Virus record (IMG/VR): IMGVR_UViG_3300009136_000001 | Coordinates: 15,024-79,023 of that record | DNA: 64,000 nt | Reading direction: 5' to 3' (one strand) | From: a virus | Shown: piece after piece, positions 47,766 through 56,793 of the stretch | Numbering within the stretch: the stretch's first letter is position 1 | How the letters are laid out: each line of letters begins with the position of its first letter | Position numbers and translations under genes: made by a program | Notes under the pieces: model-generated | The model's input: the letters and a program-made list of their open reading frames with translations, nothing else | Database searches by the model: none | What the model was told of the DNA's origin: nothing

Positions 47766-48792
47766 CCTCGATCTCTAAATCGGTGAAATAGATCAAGAGA
47801 TCAGGTTTATGTTTATCGCAGTACGCCTCAACAGGCTTGTACGATGTGCCTCCTCCACCAGCCAATTCTAAATCCAAAATCTTACGATTTGGTTTCACAA
47901 TATGGATGTTGTGAATGTCGGTATCACAATCTAATACGGTTAATTTTTTAGGGTGGTACTTCCGGCGAAGACTTTCTATCTCCGTAAGCATTTCCTTTTG
48001 CTGATCGTCTTCGACAGAACAGCTGAGGTCGATTGCTACAACGACATCTCCGAGAGTCCTGGAACGCATAGAGGGTAGGTAGTAATCGGGAACGAATCGC
48101 TTGTTGGGTTTCCTCCAAGTAAATCCACCCTGTACTGATGCGTTGAGGTAACGATCGACAATGCGTTGCCATGGTAGTATTGGATTCAGCAATTGATCCA
48201 AGACACGTAGGACTTCTCCTGGGACTTCACCTGGGAGATTGCCCCCGGACATCTTCTGAATTACAGTGGCTCGGTGAACGATCGTCTTCACTGCATCGAT
48301 ATCTTCCTGGGTTGGCTTGTCGCCGGGTTCCCCGTCACCGTCACCGAAGATGATATCAGCGAGAGCGTCGAAGTCATCATCAGGTTCGCCTTCGTTAATG
48401 AGAATGTCATATACCTGCTCGGTAGACATCCCCCCAAACCGAACGTCATACAGTCCGATGTGAGGCATTGTGAAGCCCGCTGCGACGAGCATGAAGTTAA
48501 TCACATAGTCACATGCTTTGTTCCAGATAACAGGGTTACGGTCACCACAGCGTATGTTGTGCATGAATGCAACGTGACCTATCTCATGTGCGATCAGAAA
48601 GACTCGCATTGCATGAGTCAGAGCCATGAAAAATGAGGTGTTGTATTCGAAGCTGCGGTAGTTTGTCCTTGCTGTCGGAATGTTATCGTTCCACTTGAAC
48701 GGGAGTTGTAATCCAATGTGAGCGAAAAAGGGCATCTTGCCCATGATTTCGATCTTGGCAACTCGCATTGCCTGGTCGGTATGATGTGACAT
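47644..48792 (-). CDS. vWA-domain metallopeptidase (N4 gp25-like)
   Basis: AHEIGH, WNKACDYVIN, AIDLSCS (MIDAS-like), GGGGT, YFTD. Confidence 0.9.
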   Translation of the reverse strand: MSHHTDQAMRVAKIEIMGKMPFFAHIGLQLPFKWNDNIPTARTNYRSFEYNTSFFMALTHAMRVFLIAHEIGHVAFMHNIRCGDRNPVIWNKACDYVINFMLVAAGFTMPHIGLYDVRFGGMSTEQVYDILINEGEPDDDFDALADIIFGDGDGEPGDKPTQEDIDAVKTIVHRATVIQKMSGGNLPGEVPGEVLRVLDQLLNPILPWQRIVDRYLNASVQGGFTWRKPNKRFVPDYYLPSMRSRTLGDVVVAIDLSCSVEDDQQKEMLTEIESLRRKYHPKKLTVLDCDTDIHNIHIVKPNRKILDLELAGGGGTSYKPVEAYCDKHKPDLLIYFTDLEIEDADDITTKKPYNILWINHGEPQFTGTIGSTVHYRQRSGRG

Positions 48793-49835
48793 TAGACAAA
48801 CAATTCAATTGCGTGCTTGGCTTTCCAGGTTTGGATGTGGGGATTGCTGAACATGCCCGGATCTTTGTGGACGATATCTTTGATGGTGAATACTTGGAAC
48901 TCTTCTTGCATCCGTTCCATGTAGGTAACCAGATCCTCTATGTTACTACTATCACCTTTGTTGGCGATGAGTGATCCGATAGCACACTGTACGTCCAGCT
49001 TGTCGCTGATCGGAGCGTTCTTCGGATCCTTGATGATCTCATCAATAGTGATCAGGTCTTTGTAGACAGCGCAGTAGGTGATGAATTCGTGGGTAACAGC
49101 ATGTCCAATTGTACCATTCATTACCAGACGTTGGACGTTGGTAAATTCAGCGACGTTACCCCAGCGCTTCAGGAATTTGCTGTGGAAGTAGTACGTACGA
49201 GGACACGCGTAAGTGAAGTCATCATGATCGGGATCAAAGCTGTGAAGCAGGTCAGGACGAAAGTTCAGGAAGCCTTTGATACGGTAATCGATATCATTGG
49301 CACCAGCCCATTTCTGGAATGCTTCGGTATCCACACGGACTTCGAAATGAATGAGGCGTGATTGCATTGCGGTAGACAGCCCGTTGACAATTGCATTGTC
49401 TCCAGCCAGGTTACCGGAACATGCCATCACAGCACGAGGATGAATTTTGGTTTGGTTGATCATTTTGTCCAGCAAGACTTTGTAGCAGGCGACTTGCATT
49501 TCATCACGACAGGAAGTGATCTCGTCGAAATGAATGTACCAGCCATCGTAGCCATCAGGGATAGCTTCGCCTTCCAGTGGGAACAGTTCAGTAGGCAGGA
49601 AGCCCATCTTTCCGTTGGCATGATCAGGCCAGGGGAATCCACTGAGATCAGTGACATCATGTGTCGGCAGGCGGATATCAACAAACAGCAGTTTGAAGTG
49701 TTCAGCGATAGCCCGGTGCATTTCGGTCTTACCGATACCTGGGCTACCTACTGTGAGTGGTACGCAACCGACAGAGATGCTATCGATTACTCCTGCGCGT
49801 GCTTCGTCAATTGAAGCGGACATGATGTCAGTCAT
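48792..49835 (-). CDS. MoxR-like AAA ATPase (N4 gp24-like)
   Basis: GSPGIGKT, DLSGFP, HFDEITS, STAMQSR, CPRT. Confidence 0.9.
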   Translation of the reverse strand: MTDIMSASIDEARAGVIDSISVGCVPLTVGSPGIGKTEMHRAIAEHFKLLFVDIRLPTHDVTDLSGFPWPDHANGKMGFLPTELFPLEGEAIPDGYDGWYIHFDEITSCRDEMQVACYKVLLDKMINQTKIHPRAVMACSGNLAGDNAIVNGLSTAMQSRLIHFEVRVDTEAFQKWAGANDIDYRIKGFLNFRPDLLHSFDPDHDDFTYACPRTYYFHSKFLKRWGNVAEFTNVQRLVMNGTIGHAVTHEFITYCAVYKDLITIDEIIKDPKNAPISDKLDVQCAIGSLIANKGDSSNIEDLVTYMERMQEEFQVFTIKDIVHKDPGMFSNPHIQTWKAKHAIELFV

Positions 49836-50122
49836 TAGAAATGTTCCTCAGAATTAGTGCCATAAATAAAATCAAGGACACCCATGAGGAATTCATGTGG
49901 CTCTTCCTCAGTGGCACCTTTGTCAGCATGGATACGCATTAAGCCATCCATCTCCCTCTCGACTTCGCGTCGATCAGAGTGGGTGTTGACTGAGAGTGTC
50001 AAACCAGCGTTCAACTCTTTGGTAGCGTAGCTGCAGTCGTAGGAATCAATAAACAGACGCCAATCTTCAGCTGTGAACTTGGCTTTGATTTTGAATGTTC
50101 GAATAATATCGAGATTGTACAT
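49835..50122 (-). CDS. Hypothetical protein
   Basis: Coupled ORF. Confidence 0.5.
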   Translation of the reverse strand: MYNLDIIRTFKIKAKFTAEDWRLFIDSYDCSYATKELNAGLTLSVNTHSDRREVEREMDGLMRIHADKGATEEEPHEFLMGVLDFIYGTNSEEHF

Positions 50123-50352
50123 TAGTGAACTCCTCCTTCGTGTTCATTTAAAAACTTGTGTTGCATTTCGTCAGTAACATCTTTGATACGATCTTCGTTG
50201 ACGATTAGCTCAGGGATTTCGGGTGGGTTCAGTTTGTCAGCCACAGCTCGTAGCACAGTGGATACGTGCAGGATTACTTCCTGTTGGCTTAGCTCTGCCC
50301 CCTGTTGGTCGACATGCAATTTGCGTGTCTTGGTGTCCAGGGTTACTATCAT
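50122..50352 (-). CDS. Hypothetical protein
   Basis: Coupled ORF. Confidence 0.5.
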   Translation of the reverse strand: MIVTLDTKTRKLHVDQQGAELSQQEVILHVSTVLRAVADKLNPPEIPELIVNEDRIKDVTDEMQHKFLNEHEGGVH

Positions 50353-50582
50353 GATTCAGGGGTTTCCTCCCAGCCTTTCTTCCGTGCTACACGGTTGTAG
50401 GTGGTACGTTTAAAAGGATGGTTCATACCGGGACGGTGAACCGAGTCAGCTGATGTGGAGATGATCCTTTCATCAGACCAGCCTCTTGCGATACGCGATC
50501 GTATACAGGAAACGGATAGTTTGTGGGGTGACTCTGCCATGCAATGTTCGAGTCGTTCTTGTTTGGTGCGAGTGTCTGTCAT
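50349..50582 (-). CDS. Small DNA-binding-like protein
   Basis: IRSRIARGWSDER, typical of phage HTH-like small domains. Confidence 0.5.
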   Translation of the reverse strand: MTDTRTKQERLEHCMAESPHKLSVSCIRSRIARGWSDERIISTSADSVHRPGMNHPFKRTTYNRVARKKGWEETPES

Positions 50583-50797
50583 GCGAGTGCTCTTGTAAGT
50601 TGGGCTTCTGCATCATGTAATTCATCCGTGTAAGCATCCACTTCACATTTCAGTTCATGGATTAGTTCGTCCTTTTCTACAATTTGCAGTAACAATTTCC
50701 TCATGATACTGGAAGCCAAAGGATCAGAATGAATACTTTGGTTGTATGCACGAGCGCGTTTTTGTACTGAGATTGGGTCTTCTTGATTACGTGCCAT
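50579..50797 (-). CDS. Hypothetical coiled-coil protein
   Basis: Coupled ORF. Confidence 0.5.
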   Translation of the reverse strand: MARNQEDPISVQKRARAYNQSIHSDPLASSIMRKLLLQIVEKDELIHELKCEVDAYTDELHDAEAQLTRALA

Positions 50798-51333
50798 TAG
50801 TACTCTCCGAATTCAACTTGAAATACTGTTACATCATTACGACGAAACATTTCTGTTACGCCTTTACGGTCTTCAAATACGCCAATCAATCGAGTACGAT
50901 CCATGGGTAACATGTTATCGAGCATCTCTTGCTTGACGACGTAATCTTTGCGGTGATCACCAGTCCTACGCATGACTAATTGGCAGTCTTCGACGACATC
51001 TGGGTCAACGAAGTGATTAAGCCACTCGACGGTTTTCGTACGGGTATCTTCTTGGCGACCTGTGAAGAACCAGATATCGTTGGTCTGTGCCAGGTCAAGG
51101 AGCAGTGATATGACATTGCTTTTGGGGAGGTCGAGATGACAATCGAGATAGAACCTCTCCCAGTTGGGTTTGAACTCCATATCTTGCCAATGGTCGTTGC
51201 CACTGGGCGGGACGATCCAGTGCAGTCGATGACTTGCGTCTGCCAGAGTGCCGTCAATGTCAAAAATATACAGCCCACGCGAAGCAGTATATTGCCAGCG
51301 GTTGTCCAAGATTGAGTTTTCAAGATCACTCAT
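50797..51333 (-). CDS. HAD phosphatase, T4 Pnkp 3'-phosphatase-like
   Basis: IFDIDGTLA, FFTGRQE, MRRTGD.R.D..VK, FEDR..V..M.R; no kinase domain. Confidence 0.85.
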   Translation of the reverse strand: MSDLENSILDNRWQYTASRGLYIFDIDGTLADASHRLHWIVPPSGNDHWQDMEFKPNWERFYLDCHLDLPKSNVISLLLDLAQTNDIWFFTGRQEDTRTKTVEWLNHFVDPDVVEDCQLVMRRTGDHRKDYVVKQEMLDNMLPMDRTRLIGVFEDRKGVTEMFRRNDVTVFQVEFGEY

Positions 51334-51536
51334 CCTAATCTACCTGGGATGAAGTCACGCAATGTAACTCTCTTTTCATAGTAGCGACAGTTGTTATCAC
51401 GATTGTCTTCTTCCATGACTGCGTAAATATTTTTCTTTTGCATGGGAGTATCAACTTGTCCTACCACATAGTCACAGGAAGAACCCCAATCAGAGGAGTA
51501 CAACCAGCGACAGTTTTCGCAGTAAACTTTATCCAT
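51330..51536 (-). CDS. Small Cys-containing protein
   Basis: CENCRW...C...CRYYE. Confidence 0.5.
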   Translation of the reverse strand: MDKVYCENCRWLYSSDWGSSCDYVVGQVDTPMQKKNIYAVMEEDNRDNNCRYYEKRVTLRDFIPGRLG

Positions 51537-51868
51537 TAGAATTCGTACCTCAGGTAAATGCCGATGTGATCGACAGAGCTTTCTTCACCACTACGAAATG
51601 GTTGAGCTTCGAACCATTGGCTCAGGTGGATGTAGTGAACGCCAACATATTTCCATTCGTAACCACCACGCATGTAGGCACCGAGAAATTCAGCACCTTC
51701 GTCATTCCAGCATTCATCAGTGCAACCATAGGCATTGAAGTTGTATCCGGTACCACCTTCGATGAAGAGAGTGCCGTCCGGAATTTCGATAGCTTCTGCG
51801 TTTTTCCAGTAGCCAACTAATAAGGCAATGATGCACATGCCTATTGCGAGTTTGAAATATGGAGTCAT
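51536..51868 (-). CDS. Exported small beta-strand outer-membrane-like protein
   Basis: Signal peptide (AEA), amphipathic strands, HLS motif, C-terminal YLRYEF. Confidence 0.55.
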   Translation of the reverse strand: MTPYFKLAIGMCIIALLVGYWKNAEAIEIPDGTLFIEGGTGYNFNAYGCTDECWNDEGAEFLGAYMRGGYEWKYVGVHYIHLSQWFEAQPFRSGEESSVDHIGIYLRYEF

Positions 51869-51994
51869 GATTTTTCCTCTTTAGGGGATGGGTTATACAA
51901 TTGCTTTAGGATCACATAGCCGTATTCTTCGACTTGCTGATCGAACCAATTGTCATACTCAACCCCTCGGAATTTATCACTCCGGGGATATCGT

Positions 51995-52381
51995 TTAGCG
52001 CTTGACGCTTCCGTAGACTTGGGCATAAGTTTCGTGATCCATCCAGCTTGATCCAGGGGTTTTGAATCCCCAATTGCGTACTCGTCTGCCGGTAATGAAT
52101 AAAGTCCAGCAGGTGTCCGAGGTTAGCTCGATACGGTGCAAAGCCCAGGGATTACGTACATAGGGTAGCATCCAGCGAATAACTCGCTGACGACCCATAG
52201 GAAGATGCTCAGTGATGCTGCCTTTGAGCTTGAATGATACGCTCCACCATGGGTGATCGTGCAGTGCTCTATCGTCGTCACTGCCTTCGAATCGATGAAG
52301 GTAGATATTGAACCACTTGTTACGTGGAATGAGCCACCAACGTTTGAGGTAGTTGATGAGGTGTAGGTCAGGTATACGCAT
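51995..52381 (-). CDS. Cupin-fold protein, paralog of 34975-35415
   Basis: YLKRWWLIPRNKWFNIYLHRF.GSD...LHDHPWW.VSFKLKG. Confidence 0.7.
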   Translation of the reverse strand: MRIPDLHLINYLKRWWLIPRNKWFNIYLHRFEGSDDDRALHDHPWWSVSFKLKGSITEHLPMGRQRVIRWMLPYVRNPWALHRIELTSDTCWTLFITGRRVRNWGFKTPGSSWMDHETYAQVYGSVKR

Positions 52382-52547
52382 TAGTCATTACCGTAGTGAA
52401 GGTCTTCGTAGCAGCCACAGCTGAGATAAGGATCCCAGGGTGCGCCACAGACAGGGCAATCTTGTGCTTCGTGGATGTCCTCTTCATCGAGATCTCTGAT
52501 ATCGAAGTCAGGACGCTCATCCAGAGCCAGGGGAGTAGGGTCAGACA

Positions 52548-53129
52548 TTATGATGTCCACTTCCCGTCAGGAGTTTTGAAGGTATGCTTCTCGTAGCGAC
52601 GACCTCTGTGGAACCATACGATGACACCTTCTGGAGTCCAACCATTTTGATGGGCTGTCCTTTCCAGTGACATCATAGTGAGGTCGATTGTATCGGTATG
52701 TAGCGGCCCCTCGTAGAGCAGGGGTACTACGTCACAACAATCAGGACGGTTGGGGTTGTCTGGATTCCAGCGGGCAGTGTTGAACAAAAAGAGCTTACGT
52801 CCAACCACATTGTGGTGATTCTTTTGGATCCCTTCACCAGCCCATTCACCGTAGTGATATCCCTCTCCTAATTGGAGCAGGTCAACACTGTTAGTGTCAA
52901 CCCAGTTAGCGAAACCGAAGTTGTCATCCCATGGGGTGATCAATCGTTTACGTGATTGAACTCCAGAGATGTACAACTGTCCTGTGTCTTCCATCTTGTC
53001 GACGATGATACAGGCATTGGTACCATCTATCTTTTCAGATATGCTGATGGTTTCGTTTTGACCACGGGGAATTTTGGGCCATTCAACAAAGCGGGCTTGA
53101 GTCTCTGGATCCGTTCCGGGTATATACAT
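52548..53129 (-). CDS. RNA ligase, Rnl2-like adenylyltransferase domain
   Basis: Motif I EKIDGTNA, QSRKR, YGEWAG.GIQK, LFN, VVPLLY.G, PEGVIV. Confidence 0.88.
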   Translation of the reverse strand: MYIPGTDPETQARFVEWPKIPRGQNETISISEKIDGTNACIIVDKMEDTGQLYISGVQSRKRLITPWDDNFGFANWVDTNSVDLLQLGEGYHYGEWAGEGIQKNHHNVVGRKLFLFNTARWNPDNPNRPDCCDVVPLLYEGPLHTDTIDLTMMSLERTAHQNGWTPEGVIVWFHRGRRYEKHTFKTPDGKWTS

Positions 53130-53406
53130 GAGGAGTTCCTGTGATTTTGAGTGTTTGAATTGCAGCTGCACATGCAGCTTCGACAGTTGGGAAAAAATCC
53201 TGAGTCAACGACACATATTTTTCATCGGTGTCATTGACCGGGATCCACATCGAGCACAGGTACTGTCCTTCCAGTGGGAAGTATGTGCACCAGGCTCGAC
53301 CATTATGTAACTGTTTTGCGACCTTACGTAATTCATCCCTGGCATCGTCCCGACTCTTCCATATCGCAGCAAGCTCGCTGTCAGGACAACCGTTATACAG
53401 TCGCAT
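53083..53406 (-). CDS. Hypothetical protein
   Basis: MRLYNGCPDSEL... ORF in the operon. Confidence 0.5.
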   Translation of the reverse strand: MRLYNGCPDSELAAIWKSRDDARDELRKVAKQLHNGRAWCTYFPLEGQYLCSMWIPVNDTDEKYVSLTQDFFPTVEAACAAAIQTLKITGTPHVYTRNGSRDSSPLC

Positions 53407-53412
53407 GGTTAC

Positions 53413-53841
53413 TCAGCACTTTGTTTCCCATGAGAAGCAGTTCCCTGTTTCCCATCCACCTTCTCCGCCGGACGCAGAGCCGCCGTTATTTCCAGAACCG
53501 TTGCCATTACCAGATCCACCACCAGACGAACCAGAGCCAGAACCAGAACCACCAGAGCTGCCAGACCCAGAACCGCTTCCACCAGAGGATCCATTGCCGT
53601 TACCAGAACCGTTACCAGAACCATTGCCGCCGCTGTTGCCGTTACCGCTGTTGCCACCATTGCCATTACCGTTGTTTCCGCCATGAGTGCCTCCAGCGTT
53701 ACCGTTTGAGCTATCGTTGCCTTGGTTTCCGGGGCCAGAGTTGCCAACACCGTTACCGTTGTTGCCATCACCTTTGCCAGCGTAAGCAGTGCTTACACCA
53801 AGGAGGATTGTGAGAATTGCTACGATTAATGCATTTTTCAT
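53413..53841 (-). CDS. Secreted Gly/Asn/Ser-rich low-complexity protein
   Basis: Signal peptide (AYA), ~100 aa of GN/GS repeats, C-terminal C-x6-C. Confidence 0.7.
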   Translation of the reverse strand: MKNALIVAILTILLGVSTAYAGKGDGNNGNGVGNSGPGNQGNDSSNGNAGGTHGGNNGNGNGGNSGNGNSGGNGSGNGSGNGNGSSGGSGSGSGSSGGSGSGSGSSGGGSGNGNGSGNNGGSASGGEGGWETGNCFSWETKC

Positions 53842-53859
53842 GATATTGTTCCTGTTATT

Positions 53860-53966
53860 AAAAAAGTAAACTGGTCTGCAGACTTCAAGGCATTGATTTT
53901 ACAGTCCCACCTTTCTCAGGTAGTTCCCCGACAATGAAATAAAGGATACGGGGTGAGAGTACCAGT
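53860..53966 (-). ncRNA. Candidate multibranch structured RNA
   Basis: ACTGGT/ACCAGT closing stem with three internal hairpins, followed by a U tract. Confidence 0.35.
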
Positions 53967-54039
53967 AAGCAGTTTTTCCGATACCAGCGGATCGGCTAAA
54001 GGAGGGAACCAACCTTCCAAAAAACTTTTGAAAGTTCCA

Positions 54040-54366
54040 TTAGCGGGCTACTCGGACAGCGATATGTTTTATATGCTGCGCGTCTGGGACATCGGGAATC
54101 CCATTCTTGAACGAATGCTCTCTATCATAATCGATACGAGAATCCGTTATCTGGATGCCATCATCAACACTGATGTGCGCCCAGTACTCACCAGCGACAC
54201 GAGATACTTCAACTCGTCCGCCAGGGAATTTGATTGCTCCCAAGCTGGGTTCCGGCTTGGAAGGATTACCCTCGAATACCATGGTGCAGGCATCCTGGGA
54301 ATGAATAATGTTTCGCAATCTCGCCATTGTAGTTACCAGGTTATAGGGCGTGCTTCGACGCCGCAT
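54040..54366 (-). CDS. Hypothetical phage protein
   Basis: FEGNP.KPEP...IKFPGG.VEVSR...YWAHI; start uncertain. Confidence 0.55.
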   Translation of the reverse strand: MRRRSTPYNLVTTMARLRNIIHSQDACTMVFEGNPSKPEPSLGAIKFPGGRVEVSRVAGEYWAHISVDDGIQITDSRIDYDREHSFKNGIPDVPDAQHIKHIAVRVAR

Positions 54367-54650
54367 GAGGTTAAAAATTCATCGAGTCCGTATGGGCCAG
54401 TTGGATCATCTCGTCCTTGTCCGTAACTCGCGTAATAACAAAGGTCGTGGAGTTTATACTTTTCTTTGCTAAAAAGATAGGGGTGGTTCTTCTTGGCTTC
54501 CAGTGCTTTATCCAGATCGATTTCACCACGGTAGTTACGGCACTCGACTATGTAATCGTAGTTTGGGCCGCCACTAAGATGAATACTCATTGGATTAACT
54601 CCGTTCGTATTTGAAGTGGGGTTTACAGATATCGGGATCAGGGTTAGCAC
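54333..54650 (-). CDS. Hypothetical protein
   Basis: Likely start at MSIHLS with a GGAG RBS. Confidence 0.45.
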   Translation of the reverse strand: MLTLIPISVNPTSNTNGVNPMSIHLSGGPNYDYIVECRNYRGEIDLDKALEAKKNHPYLFSKEKYKLHDLCYYASYGQGRDDPTGPYGLDEFLTSCGVEARPITW

Positions 54651-55402
54651 GTTGTAGAGCTACCACTAATTCGAGATTGGTGATGCATATGCCTTCAGCT
54701 CTGTTTTGGCGTGTATGACCCATCATAAACACAGGTTGTCCACACCAGGAACAATAGTAACCTTGGCAGAGTTTCCCATTAGGGCGTCGATGTTCGGCAG
54801 GCATTACTGACGCCTTGACAGTTTTTGGTTGTCTTCAATAGCCTTCGCTAAATCTAAGAATTCACCGTGGACTGTAACACAACCTATTTCGTCAGCGTAC
54901 AGCCGACAGCAATCATTAGGAGCATTTTCAATGCCGATAATGCGTAGAGAGTCGATTGCGATCGTGCGATCGTTGCCTTGTTTGAATATCATCATTTTTT
55001 GAGTCCTTGTCCGTATAGACGACGACCAGATCGGATGCTATCGTGCTTCGCACTCGCATCCTCTTCTGGATCGTCGAGCATGAGAAGAGTAGGTCGAAGA
55101 GATCTTTTGGTAGACTGGTTTTTAGCCCTTTTTTTAGACCTAATTCTGTTCTTGTTGCTCATTTGCTAAGTCGATGTGTGTATGGGTTCTGGCATAATCT
55201 GCTAAGTCCGCAGATCCATTTTGTGGATCACCAATGTATTTGAGAGCATCATTGGCATAGGTAAATTGAGCTTGGGATTCATCCAGGCGATTTGCTATGC
55301 AGTTGATGAAAAGGATTCGGATGAAGTCCGAGTTGGGTAGTGCTGCTGCTTGCTCACGTAAGCTGGTTATCAGCTCAGGTAAGGGCATACTGTTCATGTC
55401 GC

Positions 55403-55657
55403 TCATTGCCATGCATCCTCTGAGACCTGCCATTGACAGGTGATTTGAATTGATTCTTTACCATCAGTATTACGGATGGTGGCTTGTACTTTCGTACCGG
55501 GTTTACTACATCGACCACTTACAGTATCGATGGTGTCTGCTACACTGGGTTGAAATAGTGAGCATCCACTAACAAGGCAAATCCCGGTCATCATTATTAC
55601 GATCCAGACGGTCTTCATAACGTTGTTCTTCCTCCTCGATCTGTTGCTCGTAAGCAC
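55403..55657 (-). CDS. Putative lipoprotein
   Basis: MKTVWIVIMMTGICLVSGC, with a VSGC lipobox. Confidence 0.55.
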   Translation of the reverse strand: MLTSNRSRRKNNVMKTVWIVIMMTGICLVSGCSLFQPSVADTIDTVSGRCSKPGTKVQATIRNTDGKESIQITCQWQVSEDAWQ

Positions 55658-55857
55658 GATCTTTCATTTGTTCGTAAATCCAATCACCATAGTCACCTGG
55701 GTCTGCAGCGTCATCGCTGTCGAAGTCCAGGGGTTCGTCGTAGAAGGGTGATTGGGGATGAGCGTCGTAGTTCCTGATATCATCTGGATAGTTATCCATG
55801 GATTGAGGGCTACCAGTGAGTTGGTGGCTCAGTGTTTTAATTCCAAATCGGTTAGTG

Positions 55858-56163
55858 CTATAGCTTGGCATTGCTTTCTCCTCTGTTACGGGCGTATTCG
55901 ATACGGTCGTCAAGTTCGTCTTGTGCGGTGATGTTGCTATCCCACCATTTGGGTTGTTCGGCCAGCCTATCCAGCACAGCATTGAGGTGTTCGTTTTTCT
56001 CATAGAAGACTCTGCACTTTTCCTCAGCTAATGATTGTGTGGTCTTCTTTGATTTCTCCAGCTCCTTCACCCTCGCTTGCAATGCAGTCACGATTCGCTT
56101 GGCTTGTGCCAACGATGTTAAATTTTCAGCATCAATCATCACTTTCTCCTCTGTTACGGGCAT
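55858..56163 (-). CDS. Modular coiled-coil hypothetical protein
   Basis: Shares DNA modules with neighbouring ORFs. Confidence 0.55.
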   Translation of the reverse strand: MPVTEEKVMIDAENLTSLAQAKRIVTALQARVKELEKSKKTTQSLAEEKCRVFYEKNEHLNAVLDRLAEQPKWWDSNITAQDELDDRIEYARNRGESNAKL

Positions 56164-56548
56164 CTTTTAACTGCTGGGCGTGAGCACGGCATTGGTCTCT
56201 TAAAGCTCTACTAACGTTTCTACCTGATGCCGCAGGTGGTGGCTTTTTACACCATCTTTGATGGGCCTTGTGATATTGCTCGGCCTGAGATTCCCATTCT
56301 CTTATCAGTTCCTCTATACGGCATACAGGGCAAGGTGAATCAGGCCGTATGATGTGGTCAATACAACTACGCCAACCATGTACTGAGTCAGCCTCCAGCG
56401 CAATAATCTGTTCCTTAAACTTAACAATGGTGGAATGTTGGTTGCTAATGCGATCATCTTTCGAGTGCATTTGTTTTTCCAGCGCAGCGATAGTGTCTTG
56501 CAAAGCCTCGATGCCCAAGTCATTACCTGTGATATATCTACTCATCAC
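56132..56548 (-). CDS. Modular coiled-coil hypothetical protein with CxxH/CPVC
   Basis: Coupled ORF that shares modules. Confidence 0.55.
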   Translation of the reverse strand: MMSRYITGNDLGIEALQDTIAALEKQMHSKDDRISNQHSTIVKFKEQIIALEADSVHGWRSCIDHIIRPDSPCPVCRIEELIREWESQAEQYHKAHQRWCKKPPPAASGRNVSRALRDQCRAHAQQLKDARNRGESDD

Positions 56549-56793
56549 TCATCCCCCTCTGACTTCCAGTTCATGGCTGCAATTCGATTGACCTGATCTT
56601 TAATCTTAAAAGGGTTCATTGCTATGTTGGCGTAGTAGATGTTCTTACAGATGTCCTCGTACTTCTCCAGCTCCTCCACCCTCGCTTGCAGTGCAGTGAT
56701 CTTTTCTTCGCTGGCAATAAATTTGCATCGATAATACTCTTCCCATCTTTGATTTAGTTTATCTTTATGTTCACTCATGGTTACGGGACTCAA
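56545..56793 (-). CDS. Modular coiled-coil hypothetical protein
   Basis: ITALQARVEELEK module. Confidence 0.55.
   Translation of the reverse strand: MSPVTMSEHKDKLNQRWEEYYRCKFIASEEKITALQARVEELEKYEDICKNIYYANIAMNPFKIKDQVNRIAAMNWKSEGDE

Noticed and set aside
53228-53813. Pro-rich and Cys/His/Arg-rich ORFs in other frames
   Set aside because: Alternative frames of the Gly-rich repeat; only 53413-53841 has both an RBS and a signal peptide.
53890-53935. Cobalamin riboswitch (GGGAA and ACTGTA words)
   Set aside because: The rest of the consensus core and its spacing are absent; kept only as an unassigned structure.
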